DNA of 64,000 bases, from the NCBI GenBank assembly GCA_963981035.1, contig CAXCCF010000001.1, positions 23,006 to 87,005 on the forward strand. The letters are read 5' to 3'. The stretch's first letter is position 1, and every line of letters starts with the position of its first letter. The DNA is from an uncultured euryarchaeote (GTDB lineage Archaea > Thermoplasmatota > Poseidoniia > Poseidoniales > Poseidoniaceae). Both the position numbers and the translations under genes were made by a program. Below are positions 32,682-42,198 of this stretch, in pieces. Below the pieces are notes generated by a model. The model was not told the DNA's origin and ran no database searches. It saw only the letters and a program-made list of their open reading frames with translations.

Positions 32682-33680
32682 ATGGCAGGCGGGCTAAATA
32701 CCGAAATGGCTCGTTTATCCCATCGAGACATACGGCAAAGAAGAAGAGCGATACGGGTATTATTTGACCTAGATATACCACGTGCATTGGAGGCTTTTGT
32801 TCCATTACTAGATGACAAAGACCCATGGTTCAAATCAAAATCACTAGAAGCACATAGAAAGTGGGCCGTACAAAATGGAATTGAAAGTCTAAAGCCATTA
32901 GTAGAACATAAATGGTTAGAGGCTAATCGTTGTGCTGCAAATCTATTGCTTAACTTTGGAACCAATTCGAGCGATTATGCACAGATTCTGCTCGCTTCAG
33001 ATGACCAAACATGTAAGAGAAAAGCTGCCGAATCATTACTACAAGTAGCAACAAATACCAAACTGGCACAAGATTTGGCAGGTGATGATGATTACTATAT
33101 CCGTAAACTTGCATATTGTAGCCCTTCCGCTGACGAAAAATTACGAAATAGCGGCCTAAACGATTCCAATAATTCTGTGAAAGAAGCAGTATTGAAAATT
33201 ATTGTTTCCAATGGAGAGACCATTTCTGAGAGTCAAATTACCAATTTATTTGAGAGTGGAATTGATAGTTCATTGCTAAGCAAGCCAGCAATACTCTTGG
33301 GAGGAAATTCTTTACTCAAGTTAGTGGAATCGTCTCCTTCAAACAAAACACAGCAAATTAGTAAAGCACTTGGCGAAATATGTGATGATGTTGATGATGA
33401 ACAAATACAAAATTTGCTTACAGCAGGGCATCTTTCTATTGTAGCACGGTGGTTAATGGGAAGAAAAGACCCTAAAAGTGATGCTTTGCTTTGGCAATTA
33501 ATGGATGATGACAGACTTGCAACTATAGATAAATCAAGACTTCTAGAGCGATTGATTGGAAGGGCAGGAGAACCAGAAATTAACGCAATGGCAGCAGCTT
33601 TTGCTAGTCGTAGCGGCGATGCTTTGCTGAAGTTAACAGCGGAGAACCTTTCAACCGCCGCTGATGAACTTAACTTATGA
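32682..33680 (+). CDS. HEAT-repeat protein
   Basis: Repeated LLDDKDPWFKSKSLEA, LLASDDQTCKRKAAESL, LAGDDDYYIRKLA, LNDSNNSVKEAVL. Confidence 0.75.
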   Translation: MAGGLNTEMARLSHRDIRQRRRAIRVLFDLDIPRALEAFVPLLDDKDPWFKSKSLEAHRKWAVQNGIESLKPLVEHKWLEANRCAANLLLNFGTNSSDYAQILLASDDQTCKRKAAESLLQVATNTKLAQDLAGDDDYYIRKLAYCSPSADEKLRNSGLNDSNNSVKEAVLKIIVSNGETISESQITNLFESGIDSSLLSKPAILLGGNSLLKLVESSPSNKTQQISKALGEICDDVDDEQIQNLLTAGHLSIVARWLMGRKDPKSDALLWQLMDDDRLATIDKSRLLERLIGRAGEPEINAMAAAFASRSGDALLKLTAENLSTAADELNL

Positions 33681-35515
33681 GTCAAGATGATTCAGGCATT
33701 ACCTTCTCAATTGACGCTACTGAAGGCAGTACAAGACGGTTAATTGTTGGCATTAATATCGAAGGCCCATTCACCCAACCAATTCTCAAACTTCATTTCC
33801 CGAGGTGGGTGCCTGGGTCCTATTTTTTGAGAGAACCAATACAGCATATGACTGAATTTGTCGCAACTGATGAAAAAGGAAATGTGTTGAAATCGTATCG
33901 CCATGAAGTTGATGCAATGAAAATAAAAGTTCCACAAGAAACAAAGTCCATTTCCATTATTTACAAATTATTGGCTACTGAGTTATCGTGCAGATCTAAC
34001 CATCTTGATGCAACCCATATCCACATGATGCCTCCTTTCACTTGGTTCCTTCCAACCGCTGGAATAGATGAGAAGAGGATGAATAAAACACATTCAATTT
34101 CTTTGCATACCCCTTCTTCTTGGTCTGCAGCAACCCAATACAAACTTACGAGTAGTACTTCATGTAAGGGCTCACTTACTGGCAATTTAGGAATCACACA
34201 TTTATTTACATCACCAAATCGAGATGAACTATTGGATGGAATTATTGAAGCCAATGAAAATGAAAATATTAGTTGGAAAGTTGATGGAAGAAATCACATT
34301 CTAAAATTGTGGGACAGCGGAGGCCATCCCATCGATGAAGAAATGCTTGAAAAATTCAAACTTGATATGAACAAAGTCATCAAAGAACATCATGCCCTTT
34401 TTGGAATACCACCTTGGGACAATTATGTTACAGTTATCCAGCTAACAGAAAAATCACGAGGGGGTCTAGAACATCTCAATTCACAAACATCTATGCTACC
34501 GCGGCAATGCTTAATGCCTAATCATATAGATGAATACCGAGATTTGGTTAGTTTATTCTCGCATGAATATCTTCACCAATGGAATGTAAAACGTCTGAGG
34601 CCGAGAAATTTCCTTGACTATGATTTGCAAAGAGAATCTCATACAGAGTTACTTTGGTGGTTTGAAGGCTGTACTTCATGGCTAGGAGATATGCTATGTG
34701 TCCGTTCAGGGGCTTGGTCAGAACAGGATTGGCGTAAAGATTGGATGCGTAAAATGAAGCGAACAACAACAAGGAATGGCATGGAATTTGAATCATTAAG
34801 TGAGTCTAGTCATGATGCTTGGATCCACCTATATCGTGGCCATTCATTCTCTAGAGAGAGTCAAATCTCCTACTATAACGAAGGAGAACTGGCAATATTT
34901 TGCCTAGATGCTGAATTACAACGCCGCTCAAATGGGAAAAATGGAATATGTGATCTGATGGTTGAACTTTGTAAGAAACATGCTATAGAATATGATTCTG
35001 CGGAACAGCTTGGAGTGACATATAATGATATTAGAAAGGCACTTACTTCAATGAATGGAGGTTCAAGGTTAGGAACTATGCTTGATTCATTGATGAAAAA
35101 TCGTCAATTGCCAGATGTTGATAAAGCACTCAAATATTATTCCCTAAAATTAATCCCTAACGTAAAAAAGGATGTTGAAGAAAAGAATTGCCAGGATGCT
35201 TGGCTAGGAATTACTGTCAAAGATTCGATGGGAAAATTGGTAATAACATCTCACCAAACCAGTTCACCTTTGCGAGAATTATTGATGCCTGGTGATGAAA
35301 TAATTTCAATCAATGGAAGAAGAACTGATTCAAATAGCAAATTAACCAGTTCACTGAAAGGTCAAAAAGGCAAAATGGCCAGTATTGTTTACACTCATGA
35401 AGGAATAGTGAAATCACTTGAATCTATGATGGTTGGAAAAGTTCATCACAAAGTGAAATTAGATGGTAAAGGCAACCAAAAGTGGCGCAATTATATCACA
35501 AGTCGTCAAGGTTGA
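33677..35515 (+). CDS. M61 glycyl aminopeptidase with C-terminal PDZ domain
   Basis: PRWVPGSY, GGLEH, SHEYLHQWNVKRLRP, LWWFEGCTS, SYYNEG, PDZ LMPGDEIISING. Confidence 0.92.
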   Translation: MSQDDSGITFSIDATEGSTRRLIVGINIEGPFTQPILKLHFPRWVPGSYFLREPIQHMTEFVATDEKGNVLKSYRHEVDAMKIKVPQETKSISIIYKLLATELSCRSNHLDATHIHMMPPFTWFLPTAGIDEKRMNKTHSISLHTPSSWSAATQYKLTSSTSCKGSLTGNLGITHLFTSPNRDELLDGIIEANENENISWKVDGRNHILKLWDSGGHPIDEEMLEKFKLDMNKVIKEHHALFGIPPWDNYVTVIQLTEKSRGGLEHLNSQTSMLPRQCLMPNHIDEYRDLVSLFSHEYLHQWNVKRLRPRNFLDYDLQRESHTELLWWFEGCTSWLGDMLCVRSGAWSEQDWRKDWMRKMKRTTTRNGMEFESLSESSHDAWIHLYRGHSFSRESQISYYNEGELAIFCLDAELQRRSNGKNGICDLMVELCKKHAIEYDSAEQLGVTYNDIRKALTSMNGGSRLGTMLDSLMKNRQLPDVDKALKYYSLKLIPNVKKDVEEKNCQDAWLGITVKDSMGKLVITSHQTSSPLRELLMPGDEIISINGRRTDSNSKLTSSLKGQKGKMASIVYTHEGIVKSLESMMVGKVHHKVKLDGKGNQKWRNYITSRQG

Positions 35516-35937
35516 GCATCACTCTCTTGTTTCAATTCATCTAGAGAAACAAAGATCGGAGGGAGATGGTCTGCAATGGTGTGACGGCTTGTCTTGGGCG
35601 GAAATAATTCCCCTGAAAGGCTCATTTCTATCACTTCATCCTTTGTCAGCTCATCTCTTCCACTTCCAGGCCAAGTCTCAACTGTAATATTTTCGTCAGA
35701 CAAATAATCAACGCAAACTACTGGTAGACGTTTTAATTCTAATATTGCCGCAATAGCATGTCTATGATGTCCATCTAATATTGAGCCTGTTCTTTTGTCT
35801 ACGATAAGCGGTTTTGTATATCCTTTCCACCTTTTTGTCATGTCAAGGAGTTTATCTCTATTTCTCTCCTTTATTTCTTCATGTGGTTTGAGCCACTCAA
35901 GTGGCACTAACCGTACATCATCCTCGCCCCACATCAT
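35506..35937 (-). CDS. ParB/sulfiredoxin-fold protein, SerK (free serine kinase)-like, single domain
   Basis: LKPHEE, KPLIV, ILDGHHRH, VDY...ETWP, LTKDEVIEMSLSGELFPPKTSRH. ATG 35937 preferred. Confidence 0.75.
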   Translation of the reverse strand: MMWGEDDVRLVPLEWLKPHEEIKERNRDKLLDMTKRWKGYTKPLIVDKRTGSILDGHHRHAIAAILELKRLPVVCVDYLSDENITVETWPGSGRDELTKDEVIEMSLSGELFPPKTSRHTIADHLPPIFVSLDELKQESDAQP

Positions 35938-36008
35938 GACGCTGCGAAACCGCAACTAGCGATAATGCTTTGGCGCACTTGGTCTTGAATGACATTGGAG
36001 GGGATGAT

Positions 36009-37379
36009 GTGAACGAGCAAGCGGATTGGCCAACACCCGGCAATCTAGCCGATGTTAGCGCTCAAAACTGCCCTCCAATGATGAAAAAATGGCTTCAACA
36101 GTTGGATGAAGGTTTGCTAGAGATTCTAAACACAATCGCTGAGAATGGCGGTGGTGTTTGGATTGTAGGTGGTGCGCCAAGAGATGTTATGCTCTCCACT
36201 GATGTCTCCGACATTGACTTAGCAGTGGACTTAAATCCACAAGAAATGATAAAAATATTTCCAGATGCCATCGAAACTGGAATTGATTTTGGAACATTGA
36301 CATTACGGAATGGTGATTCAATGTACCAGTGCACAACCCTTCGAACAGAAGCGCAATATGTTGACGGTCGTCGTCCACAAGTGGTCAACTGGGGGACAAG
36401 TTTGGCACAAGATTTACAGCGGCGAGATTTTACAATAAATGCGATGGCTATCGACGTATCAAGAATGAAACTACATGACCCACATAATGGAGTATTAGAT
36501 TTACAACGAGGGTTACTTAGGGCTGTTGGTCATGCATCACTTAGATTGTCTGAAGACGGACTTAGAATTATGAGAGCGTATCGATTCATGGACAGGGGTG
36601 CCGCTGGAATTTGGTATCCTGATGAAAACCTCGCAAGCGCATTATCTGAAAAAAGAAGAATGCTTTCAAATGTCGCTTCTGAACGGATTTGGAGTGAATT
36701 TAGGAAAATACTCTCTGGAGAAAATGTTTCAGCAATTTTAGAGATGATGCTAAAAGACGAAGTCTTAGCAATGATATTGAAAACAGAATGGAATCTAGCA
36801 AGCCCAATATTTGATGCTATTTCTGAATTCTCTGAAGCGAATAGTGATTTTTTGACTGTCTTTTCTATTCTATTAAGTGAAACAGATTCATTGATTATTC
36901 CACAATTGCTCAATAAATTGAAACTATCGAAGTTTGAACGGGATTCTATAATCGGCAAACTATCAAGAATGGGCAATATTCCACTCAATGAAATTGGAAA
37001 ATTACGAATTCATCGCCATGTCCTAGGCGATGAAGCACAAAAGCACCTTCATTTAGAATACCTTATCCGAAAACACTCAATACGCCTTGCAGAAGGATAC
37101 TCCGATGATTGTAGTCTACAGGAACTTGATGAGATTATCATCAATTCCTCCAGATTGGAACCTCTTTCATTCGGGGATAAATCAATATTAGACGGGAAGA
37201 GATTAATGAGATTGACTTCAATAAAGAGTGGTCCAAAGTTAGGCAATTTGAAATCTTGGCTGCACTATATTCAAATTGAAAGAGATATTCAAACTGAGCA
37301 AGAAATGATTCAAATACTCTCTACAATAATTTGGCAAAATAGTGATGGAAATGAATGGCCCAAAGTACAATTTCCTTGA
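36009..37379 (+). CDS. cca: Class II (bacterial/eukaryote-type) tRNA nucleotidyltransferase
   Basis: IVGGAPRD, DIDLA, TGIDFGT, RTEAQYVDGRRP, DLQRRDFTINAMA, EDGLRIMRAYRF, VASERIWSEF. GTG 36009 with SD GGAGGGG. Confidence 0.85.
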   Translation: MNEQADWPTPGNLADVSAQNCPPMMKKWLQQLDEGLLEILNTIAENGGGVWIVGGAPRDVMLSTDVSDIDLAVDLNPQEMIKIFPDAIETGIDFGTLTLRNGDSMYQCTTLRTEAQYVDGRRPQVVNWGTSLAQDLQRRDFTINAMAIDVSRMKLHDPHNGVLDLQRGLLRAVGHASLRLSEDGLRIMRAYRFMDRGAAGIWYPDENLASALSEKRRMLSNVASERIWSEFRKILSGENVSAILEMMLKDEVLAMILKTEWNLASPIFDAISEFSEANSDFLTVFSILLSETDSLIIPQLLNKLKLSKFERDSIIGKLSRMGNIPLNEIGKLRIHRHVLGDEAQKHLHLEYLIRKHSIRLAEGYSDDCSLQELDEIIINSSRLEPLSFGDKSILDGKRLMRLTSIKSGPKLGNLKSWLHYIQIERDIQTEQEMIQILSTIIWQNSDGNEWPKVQFP

Positions 37380-37440
37380 TAAACGCCAACAAGATAATGA
37401 ACAAGACCTTTTTTCATTGGAATGTCAATAAGGTGTTTCC

Positions 37441-38622
37441 ATGAGTGGTGAAGGTCGTAAAAATTATTCGGAGTTGCAAAAAATAAAGGCTGATATTGAA
37501 AGTGTCTTTTCCTCAAGTAATGGAAGTTTGGAGGCGCTATCTGATTCTCAACTTGGAATCGTTGCTGAACAATATGGTCTTCAGATAAATCATCAAGACC
37601 GTCTACAAACTTTGAAAATATTAGAGGCAAATGAATCAATTTCTGCTTGGCGCCTACCGTTTTCTAAAGGCGATGTGGCCGCTGTTGCTGCCGCTGTTAC
37701 CGCTGGCGGTGCTGTTGGTGTAGCATCTCAAATTGATAATGCAAGAGACGATTTACAGGAGCAAGCAGCGCAAGCAGCAAGAGAAAAAATTGCAAATGCT
37801 ACTTCTTCGTTTGTTGAAAAGGTTGAACAAAAAGCCTCTGACAACCCAATGGTTGCAATGGTTAGAAAGACTTTTGGTCAGTCACTAGTTCAAGCAGGAT
37901 ATACTATTCCAGAATTAACAAAAATGATAGATGTTGATGCTGATGGAATTATTACTCAAGCGGAAATCATGCTATTAATTGTAAAAATGACTGGAACTCC
38001 GCCTCCGCCATGGGTCGTTAATTCAATTTTTGAGATATTAGATGCCAACCAAGATGGCGTAGTTACCATTTCTGAATGGTATGAATTCTTGATAGAGATT
38101 GGTTTTGAAAATACAATTGTTCCACCACCTGCGCCTGTTGCAGTCGTAGAAAATACAGAAATTGATGAAATGTATGAAGAAATTGAAACAACGCCAAATA
38201 TTGATCCTCCAGCACCAATTAATGAAGACATTTCAATTGAACCGGTCGAAGAAGTGGTTGAAGAAGTGGTTGATTTGGCACAAAGTGATAATGATGAAAT
38301 CATTCGTCAATTATTATCTGCACGATTATCTACGGAGGAAAGGGATATCATCACAGGTGCCACAAATAGTATCTGCAGTATTAAGGTTGAAAGAATTGAA
38401 AGAACTTTGATGGTCACAGACCATTATCGTGGAGGGCACTCCGTTCTAGGCATATTAGATGGTGGTTCAAACAAGGTTTTGGTTATGCTACCTAAGAGTG
38501 AAAATGATGTTGTGACAAAATTCACCAAAGGAGATGTCATTGAAGCAAATGCGGTAATTATCTCTTGGTCTAGCGGTTTGAAAATAGCAAAAATGGCTGG
38601 AACAGATGCAAGAAAGGTATAA
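37441..38622 (+). CDS. EF-hand-containing protein with acidic linker and putative C-terminal OB-like domain
   Basis: Canonical loops DVDADGIITQAE and DANQDGVVTISE. Beta-rich C-terminus ending FTKGDVIEANAVIISW. Confidence 0.65.
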   Translation: MSGEGRKNYSELQKIKADIESVFSSSNGSLEALSDSQLGIVAEQYGLQINHQDRLQTLKILEANESISAWRLPFSKGDVAAVAAAVTAGGAVGVASQIDNARDDLQEQAAQAAREKIANATSSFVEKVEQKASDNPMVAMVRKTFGQSLVQAGYTIPELTKMIDVDADGIITQAEIMLLIVKMTGTPPPPWVVNSIFEILDANQDGVVTISEWYEFLIEIGFENTIVPPPAPVAVVENTEIDEMYEEIETTPNIDPPAPINEDISIEPVEEVVEEVVDLAQSDNDEIIRQLLSARLSTEERDIITGATNSICSIKVERIERTLMVTDHYRGGHSVLGILDGGSNKVLVMLPKSENDVVTKFTKGDVIEANAVIISWSSGLKIAKMAGTDARKV

Positions 38623-39792
38623 TCAGAGTAATGCACGTGCAATAACTATTCTTTGTACTTCTTGCGTTCCTTCATAGATTTGAGTTATTTTTGCATCTCT
38701 AAAGAACCTTTCAACTGGGAATTCCTTGGTATATCCATATCCTCCAAGGACCTGTATTGCTCTCTCGCTAACCCACATTGCTGTATCACCAGCATACAGT
38801 TTTGCCATGCTAGCTTCCTTTGAATGTCTTGGCCCGCCATTTTCATAGTGTTGTTGCTTAGCCCAACTCGCTTTGTATACCAATAGACGAGATGCATCAA
38901 TTCGAGTGGCCATATCTGATAAATAAGCCATTATCATCTGATGATGTGCTATTGGTTTACCAAATGCTTCTCTTTCGTGAGCATATTTTAATGCGGATTC
39001 AAAAGCACCTTGAGAGATCCCTAATGCTTGCGCAGCAATTCCAATTCGGCTGTTATCCAATGCGTTCATTGCAATCGGGAATCCTTTTCCTACTTGCTTG
39101 ATCACGTTTTCTACAGGAACTTTACAATCCTGTAAAATGAGAGTACAGGTATCTGAACTGCGAATCCCCAACTTGTCTTCCTTCTTACCGACTGAAAAAC
39201 CTTCAAAACTTGATTCTACAATAAATGCCGTAGTTCCACCATGCTTCTTCACGCCATATTCTGGATGGTCAACATCTTTGGCGAATAAAACAATGATTTT
39301 AGCTTGTGTTCCGTTTGTAACCCACATTTTCTCTCCGTTTAAGATGTAATGAGTTCCGTCGTCACTCAACTTTGCTTTACAGGTCATTGCTGCTGCATCT
39401 GTTCCAGCACCAGCTTCACTCAATGAATAAGCACCAACTTCTCCCTCAGCCAATCGAGGTAAATATCTCTCCTTTTGTTCATCATTACCATGCAATGCAA
39501 TCGTTTTACAGCATAATCCTACATGAACGCAATACATTACTGCGAATGAAGGGTCAACTCTAGCCAACTCTTCAATAATAATAGATTCAGAAACATCGTC
39601 GATAGGAGATCCGCCATATTCTTCCGGCACCGTAACACCTTGTAGCCCGTATTCAAGAAATTGGAGCCATTCCTCACTAGGTGCAGTCTGATTCTCATCG
39701 CGAGCCTCTACTGTAGGCGATAATACGGTCTCTGCAAAGTCGCGAACTAATTCCCTAATCATCTCCTGTTCATCTGTTTGTGTGAAATCCAT
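38623..39792 (-). CDS. Acyl-CoA dehydrogenase
   Basis: AYSLSEAGAGTD, LNGEKMWVTNG, KLGIRSSDT, RIGIAAQALG, REAFGKPI, IQVLGGYGY, IYEGTQEVQR. ATG 39792; the longer ORF-track N-terminus overlaps the divergent gene. Confidence 0.95.
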   Translation of the reverse strand: MDFTQTDEQEMIRELVRDFAETVLSPTVEARDENQTAPSEEWLQFLEYGLQGVTVPEEYGGSPIDDVSESIIIEELARVDPSFAVMYCVHVGLCCKTIALHGNDEQKERYLPRLAEGEVGAYSLSEAGAGTDAAAMTCKAKLSDDGTHYILNGEKMWVTNGTQAKIIVLFAKDVDHPEYGVKKHGGTTAFIVESSFEGFSVGKKEDKLGIRSSDTCTLILQDCKVPVENVIKQVGKGFPIAMNALDNSRIGIAAQALGISQGAFESALKYAHEREAFGKPIAHHQMIMAYLSDMATRIDASRLLVYKASWAKQQHYENGGPRHSKEASMAKLYAGDTAMWVSERAIQVLGGYGYTKEFPVERFFRDAKITQIYEGTQEVQRIVIARALL

Positions 39793-39915
39793 GACCCTAC
39801 CCGTCAATGCCAAAAGGCTCGCTTTCTTAATCCGTTTGCACAAAAATAACAATTCAACAAAATCCATGTGTTGATATATTATAATTAATGCGGCGGAATA
39901 AGGGAGACCGGCGAG

Positions 39916-40320
39916 ATGGATGACGATATAGTTGAATTTAGTGTTGCACATAATAGAAAATACTCTACTAATCACCTTTGGTATCAAGAAAAGGATGACC
40001 GATTAATGATTGGTGTGAGCGAGTATATGGCAGTTGAACATGGTGAAGTATTACGAGTAGTACTACCTCAATCAGGATTGGAAGTTGAAGAATTTGGTGC
40101 AGATATGTTCTCTATCTGGACATCAAATGAAAAACTATCATTCCCATCACCCTTCTCGGGACAAGTTGCCGAAGTAAATGGTGAAGTAGAAATTAATCCA
40201 GATATTGTAAATGAATCTGCATATGACCAAGGATGGATCATTCTCCTTGACCCTCACGAGATAGATTTAGAGAAGCTATTGGAACCAGACGAATATATTG
40301 AGTATATTTCTGAACTTTGA
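39916..40320 (+). CDS. Glycine cleavage H-protein-like, apparently lacking the lipoyl lysine
   Basis: YSTNHLW, MIGVSEY..., SPFSGQVAEVN, INPDIVNESAYDQGWI. Asn at the position equivalent to the lipoyl-Lys. Confidence 0.75.
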   Translation: MDDDIVEFSVAHNRKYSTNHLWYQEKDDRLMIGVSEYMAVEHGEVLRVVLPQSGLEVEEFGADMFSIWTSNEKLSFPSPFSGQVAEVNGEVEINPDIVNESAYDQGWIILLDPHEIDLEKLLEPDEYIEYISEL

Positions 40321-40357
40321 GGCAAAGGTGATACCCTACCAACGGTGGGTTTCTATT

Positions 40358-40930
40358 ATGGAAGAGGCGATGCAGCGACTCCGAAACAGTTTGCAGAATG
40401 CACCTGTAATTTGGAAAGGGGATTATCCATACTTCATCCACCCACTTACCGATGGAGTTCCTCGACTTGACCCAGAAGTTCTATCTGCTGTCACAGACTT
40501 ATGTTTAGAGGCAATAGACTGGCAGGAAGTTGACCTTATTCTTGGAATTGAGGCGATGGGGTTACCTCTTACGGCTCCGCTTAGCATTAATTCTGGAAAA
40601 CCATTAGTTGTAGTAAGAAAAAGACAATATGGCCTAGAAGGGGAAGTAACTATTGACCAATCAACCGGATATTCAAAAGGTGAAATGTACCTAAATGATA
40701 TCAAATCAGGTGAAAGAGTTGTTATTATTGATGATGTTCTATCAACTGGCGGGACAATTCGAGCAATTATTGATGGTATTGAAAAAACTGGAGCGCGAAT
40801 AATGCATGTTATCACCGTCGTTGAAAAGGGACCAGGACTAGAAAAACTTCAGCAAGAGTATCCGAATATCAAAATTGAATCATTAGTACGTCTCGAAATG
40901 GATGGAGCAAATATTGTCATTCTTGAGTGA
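40358..40930 (+). CDS. hpt: Archaeal purine phosphoribosyltransferase (Hpt/Apt family)
   Basis: YPYFIHPLTDGVP, IEAMGLP, RKRQYGLEGE, VVIIDDVLSTGGT. Confidence 0.88.
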   Translation: MEEAMQRLRNSLQNAPVIWKGDYPYFIHPLTDGVPRLDPEVLSAVTDLCLEAIDWQEVDLILGIEAMGLPLTAPLSINSGKPLVVVRKRQYGLEGEVTIDQSTGYSKGEMYLNDIKSGERVVIIDDVLSTGGTIRAIIDGIEKTGARIMHVITVVEKGPGLEKLQQEYPNIKIESLVRLEMDGANIVILE

Positions 40931-40997
40931 TTTTTTCCATTTCTGCAAAGCATGGTTTGATGAAGGGGATTATTGCCCATGCAAATAGGGGACCCTC

Positions 40998-42107
40998 ATG
41001 GACTTAGACCGTCACGACTTCGAACTGACTGAGTTAATGGATAGAATTCGTTCTAGTGACCATCGTCTAATCGCCCTTCAACTTCCAGAGGGATTAAAGA
41101 TTCAAGCACTGGAAATGATGGACCAAATTGAAACTGAGACAAGTGCAAAGGTAGTTCTTGCTGCAGACCCATGTTACGGAGCATGTGACCTTGTACACGA
41201 TAAAATGAAGATGATGGGTGTTGAATTAGTTGCTCATATGGGTCACAGTCAAATGAATATTGAATCGGGAATGCCGACACAATTCATTGATGTCACATAT
41301 GACGGTGACCCCGAATTAACACCTGTACTACCTTACTTAGAAAATCACCGAGAAATGGCGCAAAAGCGTCTTTTAGACCAAGAAAATCCTGTTGACCTTG
41401 ATGAGGAAGATGCGCAGGAGAAGTTTTTGGATGCAGTAGGAAGACTTGCACCTCTTACCGATACAAAGTTAGGATTGGTTGGTTCTATTCAGCATTTACA
41501 TCTACTACCAGAGTTTCACGAACGATTAGAGAAAGCCGGTTATGATGTGACAATTCCACTTGGTGGTGCTCGCCTTTCATTCCCTGGGCAAGTTCTTGGC
41601 TGCAATTATTCAGGCGACCAAGACAATATTGGGCACTATTTATTCTTAGGAAGTGGTGATTTTCATCCGATCGGATTAGTATTGCACACAGGAAAACCAC
41701 TTGCGATGTTGGACCCATATAGCGGTGATGCACAAGAGATGTCACTCGAAAGGATTGAGAGAATATTAAGGCAAAGATTTGGACTTATCATGGCATGTGA
41801 CAATGCGCAAAGTTTCGGTATACTAATCGGAGAAAAACCTGGACAGATGCGTCGAACTCTTGCCCTCCGAATGAAGAGAATGCTGGAGAAGCATGGTAAG
41901 AAAGGATATTTGTTAGCATTAGAACACATCGGACCGGAACTTATTGATTTCTATCCAGTTGATGCATTTGTCAATACATCATGCCCACGAATTGCAATAG
42001 ATGATGCAGTGCGCTATAGTAAGCCACTGCTTACTCCGTTTGAACTAGAGGTTTCTCTGGGTGAGAAAAAGTGGGAACTCGGTTATCAATTTGATGAGAT
42101 TCCTTGA
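40998..42107 (+). CDS. dph2: Diphthamide biosynthesis radical SAM enzyme Dph2
   Basis: LQLPEGLK, CYGACD, QVLGCN, VNTSCPRIAIDD (three Fe-S Cys), LLTPFE. Confidence 0.93.
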   Translation: MDLDRHDFELTELMDRIRSSDHRLIALQLPEGLKIQALEMMDQIETETSAKVVLAADPCYGACDLVHDKMKMMGVELVAHMGHSQMNIESGMPTQFIDVTYDGDPELTPVLPYLENHREMAQKRLLDQENPVDLDEEDAQEKFLDAVGRLAPLTDTKLGLVGSIQHLHLLPEFHERLEKAGYDVTIPLGGARLSFPGQVLGCNYSGDQDNIGHYLFLGSGDFHPIGLVLHTGKPLAMLDPYSGDAQEMSLERIERILRQRFGLIMACDNAQSFGILIGEKPGQMRRTLALRMKRMLEKHGKKGYLLALEHIGPELIDFYPVDAFVNTSCPRIAIDDAVRYSKPLLTPFELEVSLGEKKWELGYQFDEIP

Positions 42108-42198
42108 TTCGCCATTGTGTTAGAATCAAAAAGAATTACCTTTTTTTGCTTCAATCGCCCCTATGTTCAATAACGGTTGACGAGAGCGTTCCCTTGTT

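Noticed and set aside
35506-35937. ParB chromosome-partitioning protein
   Set aside because: No HTH or dimerisation domain and no parA neighbour. The motifs fit the SerK-type kinase branch better.
39793-39987. N-terminal extension of the acyl-CoA dehydrogenase
   Set aside because: It overlaps the divergent gcvH-like gene. The family-typical start MDFTQTDEQEMIR is at 39792.
42108-42198. Replication origin immediately upstream of cdc6
   Set aside because: The 91-bp gap has no ORB-like TCCA..GAAAC box and no extended AT-rich unwinding element.
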